The notes under the pieces were generated by a model that saw only the letters and a list, made by a program, of their open reading frames with translations, was not told the DNA's origin and searched no databases. A program made the position numbers and the translations under genes. 61,688 bases of DNA, from NCBI GenBank assembly GCA_016185525.1, contig JACPNK010000003.1:1-61688 (forward strand), in the 5' to 3' direction. This document shows, piece by piece, positions 35,316 to 43,123 of the stretch. The first letter of the stretch is position 1. Each line of letters starts with the position of its first letter. Source of the stretch: Candidatus Yanofskybacteria bacterium. Lineage in GTDB: Bacteria > Patescibacteriota > Minisyncoccia > 2-02-FULL-40-12 > IGHO2-12-FULL-4.

Positions 35316-35927
35316 TCACAAAAAAGTTCTCAACATACTATTTTCCGCCAGTAATTTCAAGGTTCCCATTCCGGTAAAAGTGTCTGGAACCAGAGCCGCC
35401 AGCCTCCAATCTACAAACAAACACTTTCCGATTTTTTCCCCTATTTTGGTTGCGGGTCTGATTGAACCGTCGCGAAATTCAAAGCACAGAAATCTTGCTG
35501 TACCTCCACCAAACATGGGTATAATAAAACCGCCATCTTTCCGCACAAGTATGCCGGGCGGAATCTCTACACTGAAGAACTCTTCCTTCAGTTTTCTTTT
35601 TGCGCTCTCTAAATGCGTTTCCCCGGGATTGATAAAACCCCTGGGGATGTTCCAAGTAAAACGACCTGGAATAGTTGGCCTTTCTTCCTGTATCAACCCA
35701 ATATAAAGAAGATTGTTAATAACAGAAAAGGGAACAACCCCCTGGTCTCCGCCGGACGCTTCATGCCACATCCAGCCAACCGTGCCCTCGGGTCTTTGAC
35801 CAAATGAAAGTTTGCCGAATTTGGGGTTATCAAATACGACATGTTTCGCATCAACAGACTGGCCATCAACTTCAATCGTCCAGTCATGCTTAGTTTCTTT
35901 CGTAATAGGCTTTATTAGGTTTGACAA
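35316..35927 (-). CDS. NUDIX hydrolase (possible nucleotide-sugar pyrophosphatase)
   Basis: Nudix box GFINPGE-THLESAK-RKLKEEF (GX5EX7REUXEE-like). AGGAGGT (35934-35940) lies 6 nt upstream of a TTG start. Confidence 0.6.
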   Translation of the reverse strand: MSNLIKPITKETKHDWTIEVDGQSVDAKHVVFDNPKFGKLSFGQRPEGTVGWMWHEASGGDQGVVPFSVINNLLYIGLIQEERPTIPGRFTWNIPRGFINPGETHLESAKRKLKEEFFSVEIPPGILVRKDGGFIIPMFGGGTARFLCFEFRDGSIRPATKIGEKIGKCLFVDWRLAALVPDTFTGMGTLKLLAENSMLRTFL

Positions 35928-35970
35928 AGTGCTACCTCCTTTTTTTTAAAAATGGTCCTTTCTCTCCTCC

Positions 35971-36180
35971 CTACCTTTGAATTAGGGTTCGCGTTGTCCA
36001 GGCTTGTTTGGTTCTGCGGGCCGTCCTGAAATTGATGACAGCCAATCCCGCCCAGGCAAGAGCGATCGCTCCAAAGATTAGGGCGAAAATCGGCCTTCCA
36101 GACAAGTAAAGTCCGTAGGCCGCAACACCGATTATAGGCGAGGCTACAGCCTGAATGGTTCCAAACGTCTTTGCTTTCAC
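35971..36180 (-). CDS. Small membrane protein (2 TM, 69 aa)
   Basis: Two hydrophobic helices. GAGGAGA lies about 8 nt upstream of the GTG start. Sits just downstream of promoter 36248..36275. Confidence 0.5.
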   Translation of the reverse strand: MKAKTFGTIQAVASPIIGVAAYGLYLSGRPIFALIFGAIALAWAGLAVINFRTARRTKQAWTTRTLIQR

Positions 36181-36217
36181 GGTTTTTATCTCCTCTTTTT
36201 TCTCCTCAAGGTACTGT

Positions 36218-36243
36218 TCTCTACGGCACTATTACCGTAGAGA
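36218..36243 (-). other. 9-bp perfect hairpin in the predicted 5' leader
   Basis: TCTCTACGG (36218-36226) pairs with CCGTAGAGA (36235-36243). No U-tract on either strand. Begins right at the predicted TSS of promoter 36248..36275. Confidence 0.5.
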
Positions 36244-36247
36244 TTAA

Positions 36248-36275
36248 AGTATAACAGAAAGGTCTAGCTTGTCAA
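36248..36275 (-). promoter_or_regulatory. Sigma70-type promoter
   Basis: On the minus strand: TTGACA (36275-36270), 16-nt spacer, TATACT (36253-36248). Confidence 0.6.
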
Positions 36276-36310
36276 GGTTCACGTTTGTTGAAACTGCGAC
36301 TTTCAATATT

Positions 36311-37369
36311 TTACCGAGAGTCATTGATTGTTGCGTAAATTTTACTGATAAGTTTGTCTAAGTCGTGATTTTCTAAAACATAGTCTCTAAATTCTCTTCT
36401 ACAGCCCGCGCCGCACAAATTTTTTATCTTGCCAGCAAGTTCTTCAGGGTCGTCTTCTTTAAAAACTGATTCGTCTTTCAAAAACTTTCGGGAAGAATCA
36501 TTGGAACTCAATACATTGCACCCGCAGGCCATTGCTTCAAGAATGGTCTTGTCCAAGCTTCCCGTTTTGCTTAAGTGCACAAAAATATCGTGAGACTGAT
36601 AGTATTTTGGCAACTCTTTGTGATTTATTTTTCCAATAAAACTAAAATTTTCCTCCAACTTCAAACTTTTAATTCTAAACTTTAAACTTGCCAAATAGCG
36701 GACATCGCTATCCAGCGCTGTTTCTCCGACCATAGTTACGGAAAAATTTACCCCGCCGTCTTTCAATATTTTAGCCGCATTGATCAGCGTCTCGTAATTT
36801 TTAACCGGCGAAACCCTTCCCACGCTCAATATCTTAATTCCACCGAGGTCGAACCTCGGTGTCCTTCTATCGAGGTTCGACCTCGAAAAATCTGGCTTAA
36901 ATAATTCTGTATCAATTCCGTGCCCCGTAACTATCACCTTTTTTGACGGCAAGCGAAAACTTTCTTTTGAAGCGGTAAAAATAGTATCGGCAAATTTTTC
37001 AGCCAACTTTAACTTGGCTGTCACTCCGCCGCTGGTATACCAAAAAAATATCTTCTTGCCTGTTAAGCGCCACCACCAGCCGCCCAAAACAACCCATATC
37101 GGGTTCATGTGGACAAAAACGGCATCATAATTATTTCTCAAGTTGAAAATTGAAAATTGAAAATTTAAAAATTGCCTTAGTTTTCCGGCGCCCTTGTCTT
37201 TGCCCAAACTTATAGCCCTTACGTTATCGGGTAACGCAAGGGAGCCTTCTTCCAGACACAAGACCGTAACTTTTTCAAACTTCTTCGAAAACAATCTTAT
37301 CCATTCAATAAAAAACCCGAGCAACTGGTCGTTTTCGTCAACTTTTTGTGTAATAATTAATAATTTCAA
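36311..37369 (-). CDS. Glycosyltransferase family 4
   Basis: ILEAMACGCNVLSS EX7E region. N-terminus MKLLIITQKVDENDQLLGFF. TTG start. Carries two in-frame repeat insertions (36842..36886 and 37144..37164). Confidence 0.8.
   Translation of the reverse strand: MKLLIITQKVDENDQLLGFFIEWIRLFSKKFEKVTVLCLEEGSLALPDNVRAISLGKDKGAGKLRQFLNFQFSIFNLRNNYDAVFVHMNPIWVVLGGWWWRLTGKKIFFWYTSGGVTAKLKLAEKFADTIFTASKESFRLPSKKVIVTGHGIDTELFKPDFSRSNLDRRTPRFDLGGIKILSVGRVSPVKNYETLINAAKILKDGGVNFSVTMVGETALDSDVRYLASLKFRIKSLKLEENFSFIGKINHKELPKYYQSHDIFVHLSKTGSLDKTILEAMACGCNVLSSNDSSRKFLKDESVFKEDDPEELAGKIKNLCGAGCRREFRDYVLENHDLDKLISKIYATINDSR
36842..36886. repeat. Twin palindromic hairpins inside the GT4 CDS
   Basis: ACCGAGGT-CGA-ACCTCGGT (36842-36860) and TCGAGGT-TCG-ACCTCGA (36870-36886). 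They encode NLDRRTPRFDLGG in the interdomain linker. Confidence 0.85.
37144..37164. repeat. (TGAAAAT)x3 heptanucleotide tract inside the GT4 CDS
   Basis: Three perfect units plus a degenerate fourth. Encodes NFQFSIFN on the minus strand. Confidence 0.9.
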
Positions 37370-37377
37370 TAACTTGT

Positions 37378-37407
37378 CAGCTTATAAGCTTACTGGCTTA
37401 TAAGCTG
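37378..37407. repeat. Double palindrome / 12-bp hairpin at a gene junction
   Basis: CAGCTTATAAGC (37378-37389) pairs with GCTTATAAGCTG (37396-37407). Each arm is itself palindromic (GCTTATAAGC). The stop codon of 37390..38535 lies in the loop. Confidence 0.85.
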
Positions 37408-38535
37408 TTTTATTTTATCGGCATAGTTTCTAATCATTTTTTTTCTTTCAAACTGCCCGGCAATCGCCTGACCGGCTTGGCCAAATTTTTTCTGAAGTTC
37501 CGGTTGGCCAAACAGATAAGTAATTTTTTCGGCAATCGCTTTCGGTTCCCAGCCCGCAAATAACCCGTTTTCGCCGTCTTTGATCAAGTCATTCATAATT
37601 CCCACTCTTGTTGTAATAACAGGCAAACCGCAAGCCATAGCTTCCAGAGCCACCCTGGGACCGCCTTCGTTGAACGACGGGTTTACGAAGATTTTAGCGC
37701 TGTTGTAAGCTTTCGCAACATCGTAAGAAGTCTCCAGCCATCCGGAAAATTCTATATTGTTTTCCAACCCTTGATTTTTGATTCTTGATTTCAGATTCAT
37801 TTTCTCCGGACCGCTGCCGACAATTAAAAGTTTGATGTCCGGCATTTGTTTTCTGGCTATAAGAATCGCTGAAACCAAGTTAAAAATTCCCTTGTTTTTT
37901 TCCAAGCGGGAAGCAAAAACTAAATCGTATTTTTTCGCTACCTCCGGATAGGCCTTGAAAACGTCCAAATCTATGTACATTGAGGGGATGTATTTTATTT
38001 TTTCTCTGGCCACTCCGGCCTTAACTAAAAAAACAGGAGTCTCTTTCCGGTTTACAACTCTGACAGCAATCGCTTTTTTTGAGTCAAACTTAACAAAAAA
38101 CTTCGTCAGCCGGCAATAAACTTTTTCTTTCAAGTTAGCAGCTTTGGGATAGCCGGGAATATGGTGAATCTCAAGAACATAAGGAACTTTAATCATATTC
38201 CACAAAATTCTGGAGCCAATGCCGTTATAAAACGGCGGAAATTCGTGGACTGTCATCAGATTAAATTTCTGCTCCCGACAGACGTCTATAACTTTTTTCA
38301 AAAACCAAAACGGATAAAGAACCAGAGGCCAAGGCGAAATATGGATATAAACATTGCCGAATAGATTTGTTATAGGTTTTAGGTTATAAGTTTTAGGTTT
38401 AATAAAATTTAAAATTGACGGACATATTATGTCCACCCTGTCCCAGTAGCGGTGAAATTCTTCCAAAGTATTATAAAACGCTCCGCGTTTTCCCGCGGCT
38501 AAACTCCTATCCCCAGTTATCATAAGTAGATTCAT
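37390..38535 (-). CDS. Glycosyltransferase family 4
   Basis: ALEAMACGLPVITTRVGIMNDLIKDGENG EX7E region. Confidence 0.8.
   Translation of the reverse strand: MNLLMITGDRSLAAGKRGAFYNTLEEFHRYWDRVDIICPSILNFIKPKTYNLKPITNLFGNVYIHISPWPLVLYPFWFLKKVIDVCREQKFNLMTVHEFPPFYNGIGSRILWNMIKVPYVLEIHHIPGYPKAANLKEKVYCRLTKFFVKFDSKKAIAVRVVNRKETPVFLVKAGVAREKIKYIPSMYIDLDVFKAYPEVAKKYDLVFASRLEKNKGIFNLVSAILIARKQMPDIKLLIVGSGPEKMNLKSRIKNQGLENNIEFSGWLETSYDVAKAYNSAKIFVNPSFNEGGPRVALEAMACGLPVITTRVGIMNDLIKDGENGLFAGWEPKAIAEKITYLFGQPELQKKFGQAGQAIAGQFERKKMIRNYADKIKQLISQ
38373..38400. repeat. Imperfect heptanucleotide tract TAGGTTT-TAGGTTA-TAAGTTT-TAGGTTT in CDS
   Basis: Four 7-nt units encode KPKTYNLKP in the GT4 N-terminal domain. 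Confidence 0.8.
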
Positions 38536-38616
38536 AACCAGTTTTGGACAACTAGAGTTTCAAAAATTAAAAATATAACGCTCTTGTAGACGCTGTGAGC
38601 CTGCGGTTTGCTTGGT

Positions 38617-38703
38617 TGGCTGGAGTATAATTATTCTGTAACTCCAGCCAAAACCCAGGCGAACAGCGAGTGAGCTGTTTCGCTGGAAAACAGCGAACGT
38701 TCG
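38617..38703 (-). other. Structured intergenic element with mutually exclusive hairpins
   Basis: A 10-bp perfect stem (38617-38626 / 38641-38650). Then GCGAACAGC/GCTGTTTCGC (38659-38683) competes with TTCGCTG/CAGCGAA (38679-38697). Palindrome CGAACGTTCG at 38694-38703. Confidence 0.5.
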
Positions 38704-38720
38704 GAAAGAGTGGTATATTT

Positions 38721-39881
38721 TTAATTTGCCAAAACCCTGATAGTCTTATCCAGCATCTTTTCAACGCTAAAATACTTCGCCGTTTCTTTGCCATTTTCAA
38801 TAAATCTTTTTTGCAATTCCGGCGTCTGCCAAACAGTTTTAGTCGCCTCTATTAAATTAAACTCGTCATTATATTTTACCAGAAAGCCGTTTTCCCCCTG
38901 ATGAATTATTTCTTTGTTGCCCCCAACGCATGTCGTTACCACCGGCACGCCGGCAAGCATTGCTTCAAGAATTTCGTGGGAAAAACCTTCATAACCGGTA
39001 TTAAGAATAAAAATGTCAGACGCCGCCAGATAAACCGCCAGCTGTTCTTTACTCTGTTTGCCGATCAAATAAACCTTTTTTTCCAAACCCATGTTCTTTA
39101 CCATTCTTTGCAGAATTTTTGACTCCGGTCCTTCTCCGACAATAACCAGTCTGAAAAATTGGTTTATCTCCAAAAGCTTAGGCATTATTTTTATCAGCAT
39201 CCTGAAGCCCTTCCATGGCACCAACCGGCCATAAGAAAGAATGATGTTCCCGGCAATGCCAATTTTTTTTCTGGCTTCTTCCTTACTTAATTCCGACGGC
39301 TTGAAACTAGCTCCGTTATAAATAACTTGTATTTTTTCTTTAGGCACTCCCCAACCTTGCACCAATCTAGATATATACTCGGAAGGCACAATCACCATAT
39401 CGGCTTTTCTGCAGATTAACGATTGAAGCCAAAACAACATTTTGACCCGGCCATTTTTCTTGGAATTTTGAAAGTCATCTATCAGTAAATCGGTCCGCCC
39501 TTTCAAAACTGCCGTCTGCCAAGCGTAGTCACCAACGATTCTTATAAAAAACTTCTTTTTGAAAAATTTGGCCGCTATCAGGCCCGTGATTCCGCCGTTA
39601 ATAGTGCTTAAAGAAAAAACAACGTCATTCTTGCCCGCCAGCGACATCACCTTAAAAAAATAAGACAAGTGCCTAAAAAGCCAAAAATTTTTCCTCCAAA
39701 CACGAACAACTTTAAAATTTAAATTTTTATCTTCAACAGATTTTCTCACCGACGAATAAGTAATCACGGAAATTCTAAAATTTTCCGAGAGTTTTTGTCC
39801 GACGGTTTTGGCGTAAGAAGCCGGTCCGCCGATATCGGGAGGAAAAATACCCGTAACGATTAAAACGCGTTGCGTTTTCAT
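38721..39881 (-). CDS. Glycosyltransferase family 4
   Basis: ILEAMLAGVPVVTTCVGGNKEIIHQGENG. N-terminal GIFPPDIGGPASY. Confidence 0.8.
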   Translation of the reverse strand: MKTQRVLIVTGIFPPDIGGPASYAKTVGQKLSENFRISVITYSSVRKSVEDKNLNFKVVRVWRKNFWLFRHLSYFFKVMSLAGKNDVVFSLSTINGGITGLIAAKFFKKKFFIRIVGDYAWQTAVLKGRTDLLIDDFQNSKKNGRVKMLFWLQSLICRKADMVIVPSEYISRLVQGWGVPKEKIQVIYNGASFKPSELSKEEARKKIGIAGNIILSYGRLVPWKGFRMLIKIMPKLLEINQFFRLVIVGEGPESKILQRMVKNMGLEKKVYLIGKQSKEQLAVYLAASDIFILNTGYEGFSHEILEAMLAGVPVVTTCVGGNKEIIHQGENGFLVKYNDEFNLIEATKTVWQTPELQKRFIENGKETAKYFSVEKMLDKTIRVLAN

Positions 39882-39896
39882 AAATTTATAATTGCT

Positions 39897-40024
39897 CTAA
39901 TTGACCTAATTATTCTAATCAAATTCTAATTTCTAAATCCTAATATCTAAAAGTTTGCATTTTTAGACATTTGGCCATTGAGGTTTAGTCATTGGTTAGG
40001 TAAATTAGAAATTAGATTAATTAG
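39897..40024. repeat. AT-rich intergenic inverted arrays of the pentamer CTAAT/ATTAG around a central hairpin
   Basis: CTAAT at 39897, 39906, 39915, 39926 and 39940. ATTAG at 40004, 40011 and 40020. Central hairpin TCTAAAA/TTTTAGA (39946-39952 / 39961-39967). Confidence 0.75.
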
Positions 40025-40042
40025 GTTAATTTAAGATTTAAT

Positions 40043-40753
40043 TTATTTTCTTGAAAAAAAGTTAAATCTGACAATATGCCATATTGCCGCCAAACCGTCT
40101 TTCCAGTTTATTTTTTTACCTTCTGCATAAGTGCGCCCTTGATAAGAAATCGGCACCTCTGCAATTCTAAATTTATTTTTACCAATCCAAGCCGTAAGTT
40201 CCGGGTCAATGCCAAACCTTTTAGAAACAAGGCGAGGATGGATAGCCGTAATCGCTTTGCCTGAAAAAACTTTATAACATGTGTACATATCAGAAGTATG
40301 AACGCCGCTGAAAATACCGGATAGCCAGTTCAACATCTTGCTGAATAAAAGGCCGTGCCTGTAAACAACCTTGTTCTCCTTCGTTTTCTCCGATTTGAGA
40401 AATCTAGAACCATAGACGACATCCGCCGTCCCATTTAAAATTGGTTTTATTAAATCGGGATATTCTTGCGGGTTATATTCCAAATCTGCGTCCTGAATAA
40501 GAACAATGTCGCCAGTTGCTTCCTGAAAGCCTCTTTTTACGGCCGCTCCCTTGCCCTGGTTTTTCTCCAGAAATATAACCTTGTGCTTGTTTTTGTAGCT
40601 TGAAAGTATGTCTCTACTTTTGTCAAACGAAAAGTCATCAACAAAAATAAGCTCTTTCTCAAGAGGCAGTTCAACTTTTTCCACGGCGAAAACTAAAACA
40701 GGTAAAGTTTTCTCCTCATTGTAAACTGGAATAATTACAGATAACTTAGTCAT
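40043..40753 (-). CDS. GT2 glycosyltransferase (polyprenyl-phosphate sugar synthase-like, soluble type)
   Basis: LSVIIPVYNEE, FVDDFSFD, IQDADLEYNPQEY. Confidence 0.8.
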   Translation of the reverse strand: MTKLSVIIPVYNEEKTLPVLVFAVEKVELPLEKELIFVDDFSFDKSRDILSSYKNKHKVIFLEKNQGKGAAVKRGFQEATGDIVLIQDADLEYNPQEYPDLIKPILNGTADVVYGSRFLKSEKTKENKVVYRHGLLFSKMLNWLSGIFSGVHTSDMYTCYKVFSGKAITAIHPRLVSKRFGIDPELTAWIGKNKFRIAEVPISYQGRTYAEGKKINWKDGLAAIWHIVRFNFFSRK

Positions 40754-41925
40754 ATGTTATTATAAATTCTAGCATATTCTAAAGCAATTTTGTCCCAGTC
40801 ATATTTTTCTTTTACTAGTTCTTGGCCATTTTTAATAACTTTTCTTCTTAGGTTGTCGTCTTCCAAAAGTATCTCTATTTTTTCAGAAACATCTTCCGGT
40901 TTGAAAGCATTGCAAATCAAACCTGTTTGATTATGGAATAAAAAATCGGTAATACCGCCTACGGCTGTCCCCACTATCGGCAGTCCGGCTGCCATAGCTT
41001 CCAAAAAAGAGTTGCCCAAACCTTCGGACCGCGAAGGTCTGACAAATATGTGGGAAATTTTAAGATATTTTGTCAATTCGTCTTGGCTGACGGATTTAAC
41101 AAAAACAACCTTGTCGGCAATACCCAAAGCTTCGGCTAAGCTGACGAGTTCCCGCTCTTGGTTTCCCTCTCCCACAAGAATAAGTTTATACCGTTTTTCT
41201 TTATTTTTTGCAGCCAGAATTGCAAAAGCTTTAATTAAAACATCTAAACCGTTCTTGGGCACCAGACGACCGGTGCTGACAACGACTTTTTCATCTGGAA
41301 AAATACCGAGCTGGTCAGCCAATGTTGAAAGCTCGCCGTAGCTAAAATCCTTAGTGAATTTAGCCACATCCACCCCGTTTGGAATCACGGAAACGGAAAG
41401 GTTCTTCCTTAGCTCTAAAACATAATCTTTGAGATAAACACTGATTGCGGTAGCAAAGTTGATTTTACTGATAATCAGACGGCGAAAAAACTTTTTTAAA
41501 AACTTCTGCCGTTTCAAATCTTGCCCCTCTTGCAGTGTTAATAAAACAGGCAGTTTAGGATACCGCCATTTTAAAAGCCAGGCGGCGCCGGCGGCTTGAG
41601 AAGCCTGAAAAACATGAACGAGATCATACGGCCCATTTTTTTTAATAAGCTCTAACGCCTTCAAAAACATACTGACCGGTAAAAAATTTTTAGGCAACAA
41701 AAAGTCAAAAAGACTAAGGCTCCCGCCGACTCTGAAAATGCTTACATTGCCCTTCTTTTCTTCTCTGGGGACCAATCCAAGGGGACCCCTTGGATAACCG
41801 GTAATAAGACCAAAATTAACGTCAGGAAGTCTGTCGGTTATTTCTTTTACAGCAACTTCCGAACCGCCGACCATAGGCAGATAGGAGGTGCTAAGTATTA
41901 AAATTCGCTTTGATTTATTGTTCAT
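40750..41925 (-). CDS. Glycosyltransferase family 4
   Basis: FLEAMAAGLPIVGTAVGGITDF. ATGA overlap with the downstream GT2 gene. Confidence 0.85.
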   Translation of the reverse strand: MNNKSKRILILSTSYLPMVGGSEVAVKEITDRLPDVNFGLITGYPRGPLGLVPREEKKGNVSIFRVGGSLSLFDFLLPKNFLPVSMFLKALELIKKNGPYDLVHVFQASQAAGAAWLLKWRYPKLPVLLTLQEGQDLKRQKFLKKFFRRLIISKINFATAISVYLKDYVLELRKNLSVSVIPNGVDVAKFTKDFSYGELSTLADQLGIFPDEKVVVSTGRLVPKNGLDVLIKAFAILAAKNKEKRYKLILVGEGNQERELVSLAEALGIADKVVFVKSVSQDELTKYLKISHIFVRPSRSEGLGNSFLEAMAAGLPIVGTAVGGITDFLFHNQTGLICNAFKPEDVSEKIEILLEDDNLRRKVIKNGQELVKEKYDWDKIALEYARIYNNI

Positions 41926-41947
41926 TTATGTTATAATAATGCCACAA

Positions 41948-43114
41948 ATGGAAGACAAAATCAAACGGGTTTTATTTATAATTACTCAATCTGAAATGGG
42001 CGGCGCCCAAAGATTTTTACTTAACCTAACTTCCCAGCTCAATCAAGACAAATATGAGATCCTGATAGCCGTCGGCTCCGATGGCAACGGAGAATTCCTG
42101 AAATACTTGGACAGAGAGAAAATCAACCGTATCACCCTGCCTAATCTAAAGAGAAATATTTCGCCTTGGCATGACTTTAGGGCAACCCTTGAAATTAAAA
42201 AACTCATCAAAAAATTTCAGCCTGATACTTTATTCTTGAACAGCTCTAAAGCCGGCTTTCTCGGCTCTTTTGTTTCCCGATTCATGATTCACGGCTCAAG
42301 ACTCAAGGTTGTTTACCGTATTGGCGGCTGGAGTTTCAACGACCCATGGCCCAAATGGAAAAAAGTTTTGTGGGTTTTTTTAGAAAAATTGAGCGCCGGT
42401 TGGAAAGACTGCATTATACTAAACAACCGGCACGATTTTGACCAGGCAAAAAAACTGAAAATCAAACCCAGAAAATCTTTGGAACTGATTTATAACGGAA
42501 TTGATTTGAAAAAAATGGAATTCTTGGAGCCGGACAGAGCTAAGCTGGAAATATTTAAAAAAATTTCCGCCAGAGGAGGAAATGTTTTTCAGGCAGAATA
42601 CATAATCGGCTCTGTCGCCAACTTCTACAAGCCAAAAGGATTGGAATACCTGATTGAAGCAATCAAGTTTCTGCCCAAAGAAACATCCGCCATTCTGATA
42701 ATAGTCGGTGACGGAAGAGAGAGGAAATATCTTGAGAGTTTGATTGTAAAGAATAATCTGCGGTCAAAGATATTTATGATTGGCGCCTTAAATGACGCTT
42801 CCCAATATCTAAAAGCTTTTGATGTCTTTGTCTTGCCTTCGGTCAAAGAAGGATTCCCTTGGTCCCTGCTTGAAGCTATGGCCGCCAAACTTCCAATCGT
42901 TGCGACATCTGTGGGAGCAATCCCGGAAGTTATGGAATCCGGAAAAAACGGACTGCTGGTTGCTCCCAAAAATCCAAAAGCCATAGCTGATTCCATAACA
43001 ACAATTTTGTCCAACGATAAGCTCCGCCAAGAACTGGGCATCCAAGCCCATCAGACGGTTTTGTTCAAATTTTCTTTAGAGAAGATGGTGAGAGAAATTG
43101 AGGCTCTGCTGTAG
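41948..43114 (+). CDS. Glycosyltransferase family 4
   Basis: LLEAMAAKLPIVATSVGAIPEV and N-terminal ITQSEMGGAQRF. The start is taken at 41948 (41939 is also possible). The ORF-track start at 41888 would overlap the divergent gene. TATAAT at 41932-41937. Confidence 0.8.
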   Translation: MEDKIKRVLFIITQSEMGGAQRFLLNLTSQLNQDKYEILIAVGSDGNGEFLKYLDREKINRITLPNLKRNISPWHDFRATLEIKKLIKKFQPDTLFLNSSKAGFLGSFVSRFMIHGSRLKVVYRIGGWSFNDPWPKWKKVLWVFLEKLSAGWKDCIILNNRHDFDQAKKLKIKPRKSLELIYNGIDLKKMEFLEPDRAKLEIFKKISARGGNVFQAEYIIGSVANFYKPKGLEYLIEAIKFLPKETSAILIIVGDGRERKYLESLIVKNNLRSKIFMIGALNDASQYLKAFDVFVLPSVKEGFPWSLLEAMAAKLPIVATSVGAIPEVMESGKNGLLVAPKNPKAIADSITTILSNDKLRQELGIQAHQTVLFKFSLEKMVREIEALL

Positions 43115-43123
43115 TTGACCTCA

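Noticed and set aside
38567-38800. 77-aa ORF covering the 185-nt intergenic region and overlapping the 3' end of the GT4 gene 38721..39881.
   Set aside because: The sequence is Arg/Leu/Cys-rich and odd, with no RBS, and it overlaps a well-supported CDS. The DNA is better explained by stacked hairpins (a structured RNA or regulatory region).
41888-41947. Long N-terminal extensions suggested by the ORF track. Cases: 41888 for the GT4 gene, 5777 for paralog 3, 30930 for the small gene, 33194 for a GT4 gene, and 56536 and 60866 as TTG starts.
   Set aside because: The extensions overlap divergent genes, regulatory motifs or predicted promoters. Internal ATGs align with paralog N-termini or have better RBS context.
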